Shown: positions 26,254 through 44,200 of the stretch, piece after piece
Layout: each line of letters opens with the position of its first letter
Position numbering within the stretch: the first letter of the stretch is position 1
Assembly (NCBI GenBank): GCA_964016885.1
Contig: OZ024745.1
Span: 78,182,001-78,246,000, forward strand
Direction of reading: 5' to 3'
DNA: 64,000 nucleotides
Origin: Eledone cirrhosa
Taxonomy: Eukaryota
The notes under the pieces: model-generated
The model's database searches: none
What the model was told of the DNA's origin: nothing
What the model saw: only the letters and a program-made list of their open reading frames with translations
Position numbers and translations under genes: made by a program

Positions 26254-26551
26254 ATAAATTAAACAAAAGAAAACACTGGAACCAATATTACGCAGTTATA
26301 TTAGGTTATACATGTATATATATGTATATATATGTACACACAAATAGATGATGTATGTGTATATATATAATATATGGTGGGTGGAGACATAGGATAAGAG
26401 AGGTGGAGGTAAAACGAGGGCTGGATCTAATTTGTTCAGTCATTCATGGAAATAACACGCTATATCTTAGAATAATTAGTTTACTTCATATTCTTGCTTT
26501 AGCTAAACTGAATATAATATTCCACATTGTCTTAAATACAACAATATGATA

Positions 26552-26878
26552 TGGTCCTGTAACTCCTAAAAGAGTCGAAGAGGCGCTATATTGACATACT
26601 GCGTATCTAGGGCATTTTTAAACCTGGCAGAGCCCATTTCTCTCCAGGTCTGAATACAATAGATTTCTTCCAGAAAAGGATAGATAGTGAAAGAAAGAGA
26701 GGAAGAGAAATTGAGGAAGAATCGATCCCAGTGCTAGACTGCTACTTTTTTATCGACCTCGAAAGGATAAAAGGCAAAGTTGACCTCGGCAGGATTAGAA
26801 CTCAGAGAACAGAGAGTCAAAACGAATAATGTAAAGCATTTTATCCGACGTTCTAAAGACTCCGTCAATTCGCCGCCT
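26552..26878 (-). mobile_element. Long-tail SINE family 1 relative
   Basis: Co-linear with 15743-16078. Confidence 0.75.
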
Positions 26879-27360
26879 TAACACAAAAATACACAGAATG
26901 TCAAAAACTGAATTATCAATTACTATGACAGATAGATCAACTATTACATTCAATAGATACACGAAGATATAGAATCTACTCGCTAGGGTTTGTAAACTTA
27001 CGTACATTGTTGTACATTTCTGTACATTTTCCCTGTTCACCTCTCCTCTCAATATCACCACACTTCTAAAAACTATTTTTCGTCTAACAACCAATGAAAT
27101 ATAAGAAAAAACTAGAGTTTCCATCGGAAGTTAATAATAAGCAAAGCGTAATGATTCAGTAATTTCGCACATAAACTAGTCAACAATTGTCAACAATTGT
27201 TTTTAAAAATTGTCTAAAGAAAATTAGATTTGACGCTATAAATCAATGGTAAACTTCCTTTTCCACTTACTTTATAGTTTGCCACCACCCACGACATAAT
27301 GTCACCATTGATATTAATTATAAGCAATAGACAATCTTGAGTATGTTACAGTGGTATGAT

Positions 27361-27384
27361 GATTTATATATATATATATAAATA

Positions 27385-27466
<82 letters not shown>

Positions 27467-27505
27467 TATATAAATATATATAAATATATATAAATATATA
27501 TATAT

Positions 27506-27563
<58 letters not shown>

Positions 27564-27634
27564 GCGGAACAAGTAAACAATAAACAATCTAACAATCTTT
27601 TAAATAAATTAAGTACGATTTAAATATTTACCTC

Positions 27635-27671
<37 letters not shown>

Positions 27672-28220
27672 TGTAATAAACAACATAAGGTAATTATTTC
27701 ATTTACCAGTGGTTTCTTGAAAGCAAACAAATTTTGCTTTCAATCATCAGAATGAAAAAATCCTGGTGTATTTATTGACGTTGGATTTTAAAAACAAAAA
27801 TATAATCTATATGAAAGTGAGGCTGGAAAAGGAAGAAGGAAAGGAAAAATAAACACACATGCACACACACACTTACACACACACGCACATATACATACAC
27901 ACACATATATGCATACACATATACATATACATGCATATACATATATATATATACATATATATACACATATACATACACGTACATTTACACATATATATAC
28001 ATATACATACATACACACATATATATATATCCACATATCCATACATACACATACACACACATGTATATATATATATATACATCTATATATATATACACAC
28101 ATAATCATACATATATACACACGTACATACACACACATACATACACACATATATACACGCATACATACGCACACACAAATATAGATATATGTACACACAC
28201 CTACATACGCACACACACAA
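27361..28220. repeat. (TA)n and (TA/CA)n microsatellite cluster
   Basis: Seen directly in the sequence. Confidence 0.9.
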
Positions 28221-28387
28221 TTAATTTAAACAAATATAATAATAAAAATTAAAAAAATAAAAACAATAGACGACCATATAGGCCGTCACATAAGAATAAA
28301 TATAAATGTAAAAATTATTATAAAGTTGACAGCGATACAGGAAACAAATAAATGAACAAACACACGTGGTAAGCTATACACACAATT

Positions 28388-31638
<3,251 letters not shown>

Positions 31639-32190
31639 GTCGGGTCGTTGGCGACTAAACTGGCAACCCCACCAAGGTTTCTTGGTGAGGAGGGTGACTT
31701 TGGACATCCTGCAGGACTAAAAACAAAACCTGTCAAAGGGCAAAGGAGCTATTAAGAGTCAATGGCCATCCAAAATCACCGGGAGAGATGACCCCTTAGC
31801 CTTTGTCAAGGCAGAATTCTAGGAGAAGGAAAACTCTGATATAATACCTGCAACCCTGATGGTATCCAATGATGTTGACTTGTTCTTCTTTTTGGTAAAT
31901 ATCATCTTGGTTAAGAGAGTGGGACTGGCTTTGTGCAGTGCCTTTGCTCACTATAAAAGCTTCACGGCACAGGCATTGCTTTATATCTGGAGATCTCTCT
32001 GCACTTGTCGTCACATGGTACCATGGGCCCAGCACTATGTGTCAATAATTGTCACAGGTGTAGTGTTTGTACCAGAGTTTTCAAGTCGCTGGCTGGACTA
32101 AAAAGTCACTCGTTCAGCGCATCGGTAGGGGTTCTCCTACATGGATATAAAGTAGTGGCCGTACTCGAAAACGAGTTGGCAGCCACCATA
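31639..32190 (+). mobile_element. Bipartite RTE-derived retroelement, copy 2 (5'-truncated by ~60 bp)
   Basis: Reverse complement of 24911-25466 with only a handful of differences; embedded in a TA/TG array. Confidence 0.7.
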
Positions 32191-32781
<591 letters not shown>

Positions 32782-33189
32782 AAGCAAATTATAAATGTAA
32801 ACATGTAAGTATGTTTTTGAAACGGTGCGCGAGTTTGAAAATTAGAAATTAGAAATTATAAGCTTTCACCGTATTTTAGACTAAAGAAATTTCTAGCCTG
32901 ATAGTGGGGTTTATAACCCTCGGAGAAATGGAAAAAGATGAGTGCTGCTGTACATGTGAAAATCAGTCGTATGGAACTATTGTCAGCTTGCCTGACCTTT
33001 TGAACTTTACAACACCACCTGCCTCTTTGAGGTCAAATACCAACCCTACTAGCACTTACAAACTGACCAATGAGAATTAAGACTATTCCTGCTGACAACA
33101 TTAAATTATTCCTAACAAGCTCATATGTCCCAAGGCTCTGATACCATCAACACTATACACACAGAGCTGGCATATCTAAGAACTGACTA

Positions 33190-33245
33190 ACTGCCTGATG
33201 AGGTCATAGCCATTCAATGGCTATCATCGAAATATATATTCCAGT
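33190..33245 (+). ncRNA. Type-I hammerhead ribozyme motif (diverged family A)
   Basis: actgc-CTGATGA-g gtcatagccatt c aatggctatcat c-GAAA-tatata-TT-ccagt, followed by AATAAA. Stem II carries a compensatory C-G to T-A change relative to the 15017 and 18382 copies. Confidence 0.7.
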
Positions 33246-33286
33246 AAATAAAGGATTATGAGTTCATGCAATTGACTTATGTTTCG

Positions 33287-33370
<84 letters not shown>

Positions 33371-33456
33371 AAAGGTAAACAGAAATAACAAAACAATCGG
33401 TAGAGTATATGGAAGATATATATATTAGGTTAACGCTTGATATAGCAGGAAGAGGG

Positions 33457-33492
33457 TCTTAACGTTTCGGACGCTAGTCCTTCATCAGAAGA
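33457..33492 (-). ncRNA. Minimal type-I hammerhead ribozyme motif (family E)
   Basis: Minus strand: tctt-CTGATGA-a-ggac tagc gtcc-GAAA-cg-TT-aaga; stem III is the palindrome AACGTT. Confidence 0.8.
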
Positions 33493-33607
33493 AAGAATGA
33501 GAAATAAAATAGATCAAGGGGACGGGCGGGACGTAATTTAAAAAATGTCTTTAGATAAAAATAATAAGTCCATTCATGTTGACATCTCTTGCAAATATAT
33601 ATATATA

Positions 33608-33655
<48 letters not shown>

Positions 33656-33867
33656 AACATAAATTATCGAGATTCGCATTTCGGCCCACGAAATAACGAA
33701 AAACAACCTCCGAGATGTGAGGCAAGTGCTCAATGATTCAGATGAACCAGAGCTATAACAAACGTTAAAGGCCAAACACACTGAGACGATGGTTAAACAA
33801 TCATTCGCATAGCCAAAAAAACGATCAAGTAATTCGGGTATTGAAAATTTACCCGCCCTAGAATAGA

Positions 33868-33902
<35 letters not shown>

Positions 33903-34344
33903 GTTATGTTTAAATCGCTGACAATTGTTTCTTCCAAACTTAAGTTTGGAGTCCTCGGAGCATTATCAATGTTTGTACATATAATTAACCTCCTATTCAA
34001 CTGAAGAATCATACAGATACATATATATTGATGTTGTGGACAACAGTTTCATGTTTACAGGGCGGAATGGATGCGACATATATTATACGAGAATTGTACA
34101 ATAATTCAAATTAAGATTAAAATTAAAATTAAAAATTAAAAATTAAAATTAAAATCACAGAGTGGAATACATGCGACAGATAATATAAGAGAATAGTCTA
34201 ACAATTAAAGAGATAGTACATGCGTTAATCATATATAAAGGAATGGAACAAGCAAATGTATCATGCATATATGGGTACTGTATGGCAAGGTATTACATAA
34301 AATACAAGCACTTTAAGCGAGTATGTTAGTGTATTATGGGGCTC

Positions 34345-34612
34345 CAATGCGATAATATTTTCTGTATAGTTCAAATTTGTATGTGTGTAGAATATGAAAG
34401 TTAGAGATTTCACATCCATTACATATGTTAAGTTATATTTGTATTGAACTCTAATCCATGAATATGATTACAATAACACCAAGTTACAATCCATTACTAT
34501 AACAAACATTCAATACAAATATAACTAAACATATGTAATGGATGTGAAATCTGTAACTTTCATATTCTACACACATACAAATTTGAACTATACAGAAAAT
34601 ATCATCGCATTG
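34345..34612. repeat. Inverted repeat with ~104-bp arms and a 60-bp spacer
   Basis: 34345-34448 is the inverse of 34509-34612, with few mismatches. Confidence 0.85.
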
Positions 34613-34731
34613 CTGAAACGCAACAGCCCTTGCAGAGCATAAATAGCATAACCTACAGTCCAGAAACAACAACAATAATGAAAATGATAATAATGATAAT
34701 AATAATTAATAATAATAACAATAATAATAAT

Positions 34732-34944
34732 GATTTCTACTATAGGCACAAGGCCAGCAATTTAGGTGCGAGGAAAGTCGATTACATCGACCCCCAGTGC
34801 ATTACTGGTGCTTTATTTATCGACCCCGTAAGGATGAAAGGCAAAGCTAACCTCGGCGGGATTTGAACTCAGATCATAAAGGGCCGTAACTCTATGCTGC
34901 ATAGAATGGCGTCCAACCCTCTACCGATACTGCCAATCCACCGC
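34732..34944 (-). mobile_element. SINE family 1 (longer variant) with an (AAT)n tail
   Basis: Family sequence plus an internal aaagtcgattacatcgacccc segment. Confidence 0.9.
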
Positions 34945-35130
34945 TAATAATAATTATACAAGCATGAGGAAGAATACGTATATATTAAATTTAGCATGTA
35001 TAGTTAGAGATGTATCTCTTCAGAATTAAATAATCTGTCAGGCACAAAGTACGTGAAAGCCAGTACAGAAAACGGGAGCATGTACCTCCGCTGATGACTA
35101 CATCCGTACCTGCTTGTATATATATACACA

Positions 35131-35164
<34 letters not shown>

Positions 35165-35251
35165 GGAAAATTTGAACAGGAACAAAACAGAGAGGCAGTA
35201 CAACGAATGTTTATTAATTTCACGCTCTGGAGAGTGGGGTGGTGGTGGGGA

Positions 35252-35283
35252 ACGACGTTTCGGGCATAAGCCCTTCTTCAGGT
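35252..35283 (-). ncRNA. Minimal type-I hammerhead ribozyme motif (family F) in a pLTR-like context
   Basis: Minus strand: ac-CTGAAGA-a-gggc ttat gccc-GAAA-cg-TC-gt. Preceded by a long C/A-rich tract (35290-35800) and followed by AATAAA (~35210) and (TA)n. Stem I is short. Confidence 0.7.
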
Positions 35284-35804
35284 GAAAAGTGTGTGGTAAG
35301 AGAGTTCAAAGGGTGTGTAGGGGAGTGGTGGAGAAACATATAGCGAAAAGGGGGAGGGAGGAAACGGTGCGAATGAAATTAAAAATAAAAGCATGATCAA
35401 AATAAAATAAAATTAAAATGGGGTAAAACAGGTGGTGGAAGGGTGTGGGGTGTGTAGGGGTGGTGGCGGGTGGAGTGGGGAGAGGGAGACGGGGTGTCCG
35501 AGCGGGAGGGCTGAAGGTGGTGGTGTGTGTGTAGGTGTACGTGTGTATGTGTGTGTGTATGTGAAAGCAAGGGTTGGGGGAAGAACGGGGTTGCATGTTC
35601 AGGAAGAAGTGTGTGTGGGGTGGGGTGTAGGTCAGAGTGTGTGTGCGTGTGTGGATAGAGGGTTGGGGGAGAGGAATCCGGAGGCTGAAGGTGTAAATAT
35701 GTGGTGGAAAGCACGTGTGTGTGGGGTTTAAGCGTGTTGTGGGTGTAGGTGGCGTGTGGGAAAAAAAATTTTTTTGGGGTGTGTGTGTGGGTGAGTTATA
35801 CACA

Positions 35805-36046
35805 GAGGAGACTGGGGTTAGCTGGACATGCTCACCGACATCCAGAGTTGACATTGCACTCAGTGCTCCTGTGGGAGCCCCTACATGGACACACTAGAAG
35901 AGGAAGACCAAGGTTAACGTATGTTGATGCCCTAAGGACAGACACTGGTTTGTTGGAGACGCAGGATATGGCAGCGATAATGAGGGACAGAGACCGCTGG
36001 AGAGAACCTGTCCATGGATCTCGGGAATTTTACCCGCCCTAGAATA
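35805..36046 (+). mobile_element. RTE-clade LINE 3' fragment
   Basis: RRLGLAGHAHRHPE...LLWEPLHGHTRRGRPRLTYVDALRTDTGL...MRDRDRWR is a typical RTE C-terminus. Confidence 0.8.
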
Positions 36047-36092
36047 TAATATATATATATATATACATACATACATATGGAAAATAGCTTTA

Positions 36093-36215
36093 CTGATGAT
36101 TTTCTTCGAATGAAACAGTTCTAGTCCTGTAGAAGCCCTTTCTATATATAATATTTATACTCTGCTATGTATTGAGTACCTTACTTACGGTGGTTACCCC
36201 CGATTGAACCCGACA
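36093..36215 (+). mobile_element. Family C pLTR-like fragment with a hammerhead-like core
   Basis: CTGATGA-ttttcttcgaat-GAAA-cagttctag-TC-ctgtagaag, followed by a tail shared with 26015-26090 (inverted). Confidence 0.6.
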
Positions 36216-36424
36216 CACACACACACACGCACACACATATGTACATACATATATATATATATGTGTGTGTGTGTGTGAAACGTTCCATACAGTAAACCAC
36301 ATACACATTTACATATAAAGATATATAGATGCTCGTACACATAAGTGAAGTGAAGGAGTGTAAGTGTAAGATATGTATTTCTGATGAGTCAAAGTAATTT
36401 CATAGCTAAGAGTTAATATAAGTA

Positions 36425-36455
36425 TGTGTATATATATATATATATATTATATATA

Positions 36456-36496
<41 letters not shown>

Positions 36497-36750
36497 CAAA
36501 TATATATATATATATATATAAATACAAATATATATATATATATATATAAATACAAATATATATATATATATATATATATAAATACAAATATATATATATA
36601 TAAATACAAATATAATATAATATATATTATATATATATATATATAAATACAAATATATATATATATAAATACAAATATAATATAATATATATTATATATA
36701 TATATATAAATACAAATATATATATATATATAAATACAAATATAATATAA

Positions 36751-36781
<31 letters not shown>

Positions 36782-36845
36782 AATACAAATATAATATAAT
36801 ATATATTATATATATATATATATATACAAATATATATAAATAAAT

Positions 36846-36910
<65 letters not shown>

Positions 36911-36965
36911 AATATATATATATAAATAAATACAAATATATATATATATATATACATATATATAT
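36425..36965. repeat. (TA)n array with a higher-order aaatacaaat unit
   Basis: Seen directly in the sequence. Confidence 0.9.
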
Positions 36966-37154
36966 AAATTGTGTGTACATATTATATATGCGTAGGAGTG
37001 TGTGTGTGTGTGTGTATGTGTGTGGCTGGGGACTGGAAGTAATACCAGACAAGTAACATATGTCTTCCATTTTACTCATACGCGAATACACATATACGGT
37101 TTAATATTCACACTCTTTTTCTCACAGTTACACACACATCTGCATACAAAACAA

Positions 37155-37214
<60 letters not shown>

Positions 37215-37380
37215 ATATATACATATGCCTACAAACAGTCGACGGTTACAAGGTGCTCCGTTCTGAAAGTAGAGTATTAAAAAAGGAATAAGTTGAATAT
37301 ATTTAGGGATCATCAGAACTAAGAATGAAGAATTTAATAAAATATTGTACACACACACACACACACATATATGTGTGTGT

Positions 37381-37643
37381 GGAGGCACGTGGCCTAGTGG
37401 TAAGGGTGTTGGACTTACGATCATAATGTCGTAGACTCCATTCCTGGGTTGCGTGTTGTGTTCTTGATCAAAACACTTCATTTCACGTTGCTCCAGTATA
37501 CTCAGCTGAAAATGAGTACCAGCAATAGCTGGGGGTTTAACCCTGCGATGGACTGGCGTCCTGTCCAGGAGGGGAGTCTTGTACTCTCAGTCGCTTCACG
37601 CCATGAAACCGGGATAAGCACCGGCCAAATGAGCCTTCTGGCT
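37381..37643 (+). mobile_element. tRNA-derived SINE, family 2
   Basis: A box gtggcctagtggtaagg; ttgtgttcttgatcaaaacactt core; ccctgcgatggactggcgtcctgtccagg segment. Confidence 0.75.
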
Positions 37644-37656
37644 TAAGACAGACTTT

Positions 37657-37702
<46 letters not shown>

Positions 37703-38227
37703 TGAAAACAACAATAGAAGACCGGACTGGAAAATTTACAATAGAATTTTAAATATGCGGAAGCATTATACATATTTCGATAGTTCAGCCTTATCATTGG
37801 ATTATGATGGAAGGCTAGATGAATTCATCAGGTATTATTTGCAGAATTATATATCAGGATTAAGTTGAACCCAAACAGAGAATGGAAGATAGAATATAGA
37901 GAAATAAAGGAAAGAAATAAAAGAAAATAGAGGACCGATTCAAGGACAACCTGTTAATCTGCTCGGACAGCCTCCGAATATCGCATTATCATTTAATGCC
38001 AGCAAAGCGGGATGGTCGAGGAGTGGGGTTTGTTAAGTAGCGACAAGAATACATCCGTCCATTAGAAAATGCCATTCATTAATTACAACCAAGCATTCTC
38101 AACTACAAAGATCAAAGGTTATTAAACTGTTGAACGTTGGCATAAGATGCCTTCCTACAATGATGGCGTGTATTATACATATATAGATATACATATTATA
38201 TATATATTATATATACATACTATATGT

Positions 38228-38530
38228 GAGGGCGCATTGCTTAGTGGTTAGAGCGTCGGGCTTACATTCGTGCGGTTATGTTCTTGAGGAAGACACTATT
38301 TCACGTTGCTCGAGTTCACTCAACTGTAGAAATGAGTTGCGACGTCACTGGTACCAAGCTGTACCGGCCTTAGCCATTCCCTTGGACAACATCGGTGGCG
38401 TGGAGAGGGGAGTCTGGTATGCATGGGTGACTGCTGGTCTTCCACAAACAACATTGCCCGGACTTGACTTGTGCCTCGGAGGGGAATTTTCTAGGTGCAA
38501 ATCCCATGGTCAACCGTACCCGAAGGGGTC
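38228..38530 (+). mobile_element. tRNA-derived SINE with a family 2-related head and a different tail
   Basis: gcttagtggttagagcg A box; ttcttgaggaagacactatttcacgttgctc core shared with 37381. Confidence 0.7.
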
Positions 38531-38639
38531 TATATATAAATCTTTCGCTCTTTTGCACGTTTACCCTTTTATTGGTTTCAATCATTAGACTGTGACCATT
38601 TAAGGAACCAATGAAAGGAATTTATTCGATCATGTCTCT

Positions 38640-39035
38640 TTCTTCTCTCTTCTTCTCTGCCCACTTATTCCTCAGAAGGTCGTGGGGGCAGAGTCCTCAA
38701 ACACTCTTTCCAGCAGGTCCTGTCAGAAGCAACCGTCTCCAACTAATCCATCTGGATACCCAAGCGTGACCAGAGAAGCACATGGATGTTTTCGAACCAT
38801 CTTGCTTGGGATCTACGCCTGGGTCTCCTGCCGTTTAGTTTTGCCCATAAAATCTATGCAGCGATTCTTTCCTAAGATATTTTAACCACATAGCCATAGT
38901 ATCGGAGCTGTTATCTCTCAATTCGGAGAAGTAGCGGCTCTACCTGGAGTGATTCTCTGATCTCCGAGTTACGCACTTTATCGAATAATGTTACTCCAAA
39001 AACCCTTCATGACCTCAGTATTTCCTTTATCGATC
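38640..39035 (-). mobile_element. RTE-clade LINE 3' fragment
   Basis: The reverse complement is co-linear with 50770-51190. Confidence 0.75.
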
Positions 39036-39899
39036 TCTTTCTGGTTGAACAGCTGTTGCGAGACATAAAGAAACAGAAGACGTAAATGAAATACGGACAG
39101 ACCCACACTTTGATCATATCATGGCCTGGAGCTTAAACGAAAGAAGTGATCATTTGTAAATGCCCGCATACACACATATACACATTACCTATGTTTGGAG
39201 GAAGGGGTAAACATCGTCTAAATGCAGTATCTATGTAGAGTTGGTTTGTTATAGATATACTAAATACAGACAAAGTCTTCTATGTTGTTCCAAATGACCC
39301 ACTAATTTGTAACAGAATCGCAATAGTGAATATTAAATCTACAGTATTTAAGAAACTGTGTATTGTATCGTACTGAATTTACTCTTAAGTGAGAAACTGC
39401 TCAGAATCTGTTAAATCATTTAAAATCACTTTATAATCTATTAAATTCTAACGCTACCTTGACATTATTTTTATTTCCTTTTAAACATACATTTGTAGAT
39501 CGCAGTTCTATACAAAATAATTTGTTCTAATTTTCTTGTAATACCACTACGTCTTGTCATTTGTGAAAAGATAAACAACATCATTCCTCATTTACTCGAA
39601 TTATATTCAAGCCATAAAGAATATGATAAGCAATCAACTCCTCTTCTGACCACTTAACGATCGTCGATGTTTTTTTTCCGTTGAAACGGAAACTGTAATT
39701 GGTACACACCCATTGCAGCTCCGTTGCATGACTTTATTTAGCTTTAAAATTCAACATCAATGTTTAGCACATCCACTAACTAGTTCCTATACTTTATCTT
39801 CGTTTTAGTGCAGCAGGCTTTTGCAGTTTTAGTCCAGCACTATTTAACCCAAACTTTTTGGTTGTTCGCTAGGGAATCTGTAAAAATAATAAATAGGAG

Positions 39900-41292
39900 C
39901 TACTGTAAATGAATATTGTAGGATGGATTTAGCTGATTAAGTATCAAAACAGACGGAAATATTCACTTGTGATTTGTATGGTGGATGTCTTGATAATTCA
40001 TGTGTAGAATATAGACTTAATAACAAGCTACATCTAGAACAAAAGACACATAAGACCTGGAAATCAGGCTGTTAAAGCAATGATTGAAGAGATAGAAGCT
40101 GATATATCAGAATTGAATGAGGTTATTTATGCAGCAGCAGTGGTAATAAAAAGGAAATGTGTGTTAATACTCACAAAAGACCACTCTAGAAAATAAAAAT
40201 TTAGAAGGAAATTGAGATGATGAGCGGAGAAATATCGATATTGGATGAAATATGTGCTGGGAAATTTGTCAAGTCAGGAAAGAGAAGGAAAGGGATTAAG
40301 AAATACAAAGTACCTTCAAAACCTGATATTCCATCAATCAAAGAAACCCTGAAACAGAAAGTACAATGAGAAGCTCAAAGAATCAGAAGCTTGGAAAAGC
40401 AAAATAAATTTTACATGCAAAATAAACTGTTTATGTCAGATGTAAAAAAGATTTTACAAGGAAATTGGAACACAGTCAATTCAATTAAAAGAACATCCTT
40501 CAATTCATGAAATTGAAGAAATTTGGAAAGCAGTATGGAGTACACAAAAATCTCATAATGCGAATGGATAAAGAACGTGGAAGGAACATACAACAATTTA
40601 GAAAGGCAGACTTGGCAAGACATAACTATGGAAGAACTGGAGTTGGCACTAAAGAAAGTCAACAAATGGAAATCTCCTAGCATTGATAAAGTGCCAAAAT
40701 TCTGGTTATCTTCTCTAACTGCTACCTATAATATGTAGGTAAAATGTTTTAACGAAATTATGCACAATCCTGAGAAAATTCTGACTGGTTTGCACAAGGT
40801 ATAACATATCTCTTGCCAAATTCGCCAGAAACAAAGATACCCCAAATTATCGGCCAATCACTTGCCTTCCCACATCATACAAAATTATCACTTCAATCTT
40901 GACTGAGACAACCTGGGTCTTACGGGTGAAAAAAACAACTCATTAATCGCATGCTTCTGAAAAACTGTCATAACAAGCATAAAAGTTCGAGTACTGCTTG
41001 GATTGACTATAAGAAAGCATTTGATGGCATGGAGTTAGGAAACTTTAGATGCCTGAAAATTTCTCCAGTGATATCAAACTTCCTGAATATAAATGAATAA
41101 AAATATATCACTCTCACACAGTGATGGACTATAAATTCCAGCAGCATAAGTATTAACTGTGGTATTTTTCAATGTAATTCGTTTTCTCCTCTGACATTTT
41201 CCATTGCACTAACACAGCTGTCATTAGCACTCAACAAAACAAAATATGACTTCAAAATAGACAGCAAAACCTTAAATCACATTATGATGATG
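39900..41292 (+). pseudogene. Degraded R4/Dong-like (restriction-like endonuclease clade) non-LTR reverse transcriptase
   Basis: RT motifs appear in order across frameshifts and stops: KWKSPSIDKVPKFWL (~40665), GITYLLP (~40798), NYRPITCLPTSYKIITSILTE (~40846), AWIDYKKAFD (~40995), GIFQ..FSPL (~41161). Confidence 0.75.
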
Positions 41293-44200
41293 AAGTATAA
41301 ATACTATAAAATAAATTTTGTCTTGGCTCTAAGACATAAACAGAAGAGACCAAAAAGGGTTATTTTTAGCGTAGAATAAATGAATTTAAGTGGGTATATT
41401 ATATAAGCTAAAATAGCTTACATATTTAAGAACTTTAAAACTCCATGTATCAGTGCATAATCTCTGTTTATATAGCAGTAAACCAATGAAATAAAATGTT
41501 ATCTACATGTGTGTGATATGAGCCGATGGCCCTTCTACGTTCGCTACTCTCTAATATCCTTCTGTGGTCAATAATATAGATTCTGGGGGTTGGGTTTAAA
41601 AAACAATCCAATCTATCCAAGTCTTGTTTATCGTTTGCACTCTCTTCTCATCATATACCATGATTTTTCCAAGCTCTGTTAAGAAACCTCATCACAAAAA
41701 ATTAAATACTCAAGTCATATCTCGGGGGTGTGAAACATGCACTTTAGTATTGAATCCCAAATTCGCGTGCCTGTTCAAAAGTCTAATTATGAAGAGTGGA
41801 AATAACCACTTGTTCACGTCATGGAATAAATGTTAAATCAAACACGTTTAGCCCGTCGACAAGGTTAGATCCTGCACTTGAGATGTCTATCCACTGTCAA
41901 CATTGCAGCAGTGAGTGATAAATGTTTGCCAATGATGTCTATAGTTTCATTTTAACACTTTGACAGTCATTACCAAAACAGGTTTAGCTTCCGGCATCCT
42001 GAAATGACATTAGCTATTGTTTTCTGTTTTTGTTTCATATGTGGTCTTTTCCACTTGATGACGCTGGTGAAACGAAGTGGCTGATTACATGCTCTCGACA
42101 CTACTGGCAGATGACAGCAATTCGTCACTTATGAACTTTAAATAGAAACAAAGAATTTCGCTATGACGAAAGCATATTATCTAAAAGCTAATTGTGATGA
42201 CTGCAATTTAAGTATAAAATGAATAAGGAAAATTCTAAGAAAATAAATGGGGATACCAATAAATTGTCATCTTTTTAATATTTTGATAAGAAAGATGTAC
42301 ATGGCATCGTTATAACATCACACGGAAGAAGGTTACACTGGCAATGTATATTTTGAAATGAAACTGAGTGTATGTGTATTCCTCGTTATCTGAGTATTGT
42401 TGTAATACTCGTAATATTATGAAATTCTGATGTTTAAGTATGGAGTGCAATATTTTGATTTCATTTTATATTTTAAGGGAAGGATCCATGTCTCGTGTGA
42501 CAATACATTCATAACAGCTTATTGCATCAAAGTTGAAGCAGGAATATTAGATTTTATTATCTTTTTAGGCTCTTCTGTATCATATTCTATCTATTGAAAG
42601 ATCCGATTGGCGAGGTCCAACTACGCTAAGATCAGGGCAAGGAATTGTAAAATCGTTGTAAATATCAAAACAGTTACACCATGTATTTTGCCATTTCCAA
42701 AATCACTTTATTAATATTCCTACCAGTTGGCTCTTTTACATACAGATACATATATTGTTTGTTATATAAATGTTTTTGCTTTATTGTCCAAGACTTTTTG
42801 TTTTCCGTCACCACTATCGCCTCTTACGTGTATGTGTTTCTCTATATATATTTGTATATGAACATATATGTTTATTTTCTTTTTATATACACATATATTC
42901 TATATACTTTGTTTTTCGCTCATGTGTGTGGACGTGTGTGTGTGTGTGTGTGTGCGTGTGTGTGCGCGCGCCGTCTTGACTGCACGTTTTTCTTTCCCAT
43001 TTCTTTTAAATTTCATTTTCGTTTTCATTACACACACAGACGCACACGATTCAAACAAATTTATAATAGATTTCTCACAAACACCAATGTGAGAGTATAT
43101 ATGAGTTTAAATATGTATATGTATGTGTGTATGTTTTAGTGTTTACGTTTGGGAGGAATAAGTACTGGAGTCAATATTATTGACTAGAGCTATTTAAGAC
43201 AGTCCCCAACATTACTGAAGTTTAATAACCGAAACCAGTAAATAAATATAGCTGCATTAACAAATATGTAATAAAAACGAGTATAAATACTTGTATATAC
43301 AAATGAAACGTGTGTGTGTGTGTGTGTGTGTGTGCGTGTGTGTGTGTGTGTGTTTGCTTGTATATATTTTTACATAATAATATTATTTTCAAGTTCGTTT
43401 CTTTTTGGGGGAAAACTGTAAAGCTTTTATCAAATTTATACAGAGCAATGGCTCTGTGTATTGAAAGAAGCGGTATTACATACGATTAAACACCTTACAA
43501 TATTTAATGTTGTCTTTCTATGTTTTGAATTCAAATATCCTTGGCGTAAACGTTTCCTTTCCTTTCCCCTAGGTCGTTAAAATAAGCACCAAACATAAAC
43601 TAACGTCGAGGCAATTAACTCTACTACTCTTACACAGAAATTTATCGTGGATCTAATAAAAGGATATCATTTAGTTTGTACACGATTAATGCGAACTGTC
43701 ATCCACTTTCGATGTCCCATTGAAGTCGATCCACTTAGAATGTTAATCCTCTTGAAAGAATCGACGTTACGTTCTTTTTCTCCTCCCTTAAACATTTGTA
43801 TCACCGTTCCTAGTCAAAGGAAATCAGTATTATTCACACAATTAAAACGAACATGTGACCTGATTTTTATTCCTGGATGAGGACAAAACATGTTAGTTGC
43901 TTCGCTGATACGCGTGAGAAAAGCTAAAACATCCTATAATAGCTAAATATGAAATTAGTATTTTCAATCAGTATATTGCACTATTTAGTTCTTGTACTAA
44001 ATTTGTAAATTTCAGTTGCAATGGATTAATAGTAAACTTTTTAGCGGACGCTGCTGCAAGACGAAACTTAAGCAATTCAACTTCTTTGACTCCTAGTACG
44101 TCCGATTTTCGAAAGTAATCAACAGTCTAGTGAATGACAGTAATGGGTTCCTTAAAACTGACGTCCTCGACAATTATATATAAAGTATTTAGTGGTGGTG

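Noticed and set aside
35306-35854. 182-aa Pro/Thr/His-rich ORF
   Set aside because: Low-complexity G/T-rich tract belonging to the pLTR-like region next to the 35252 hammerhead.
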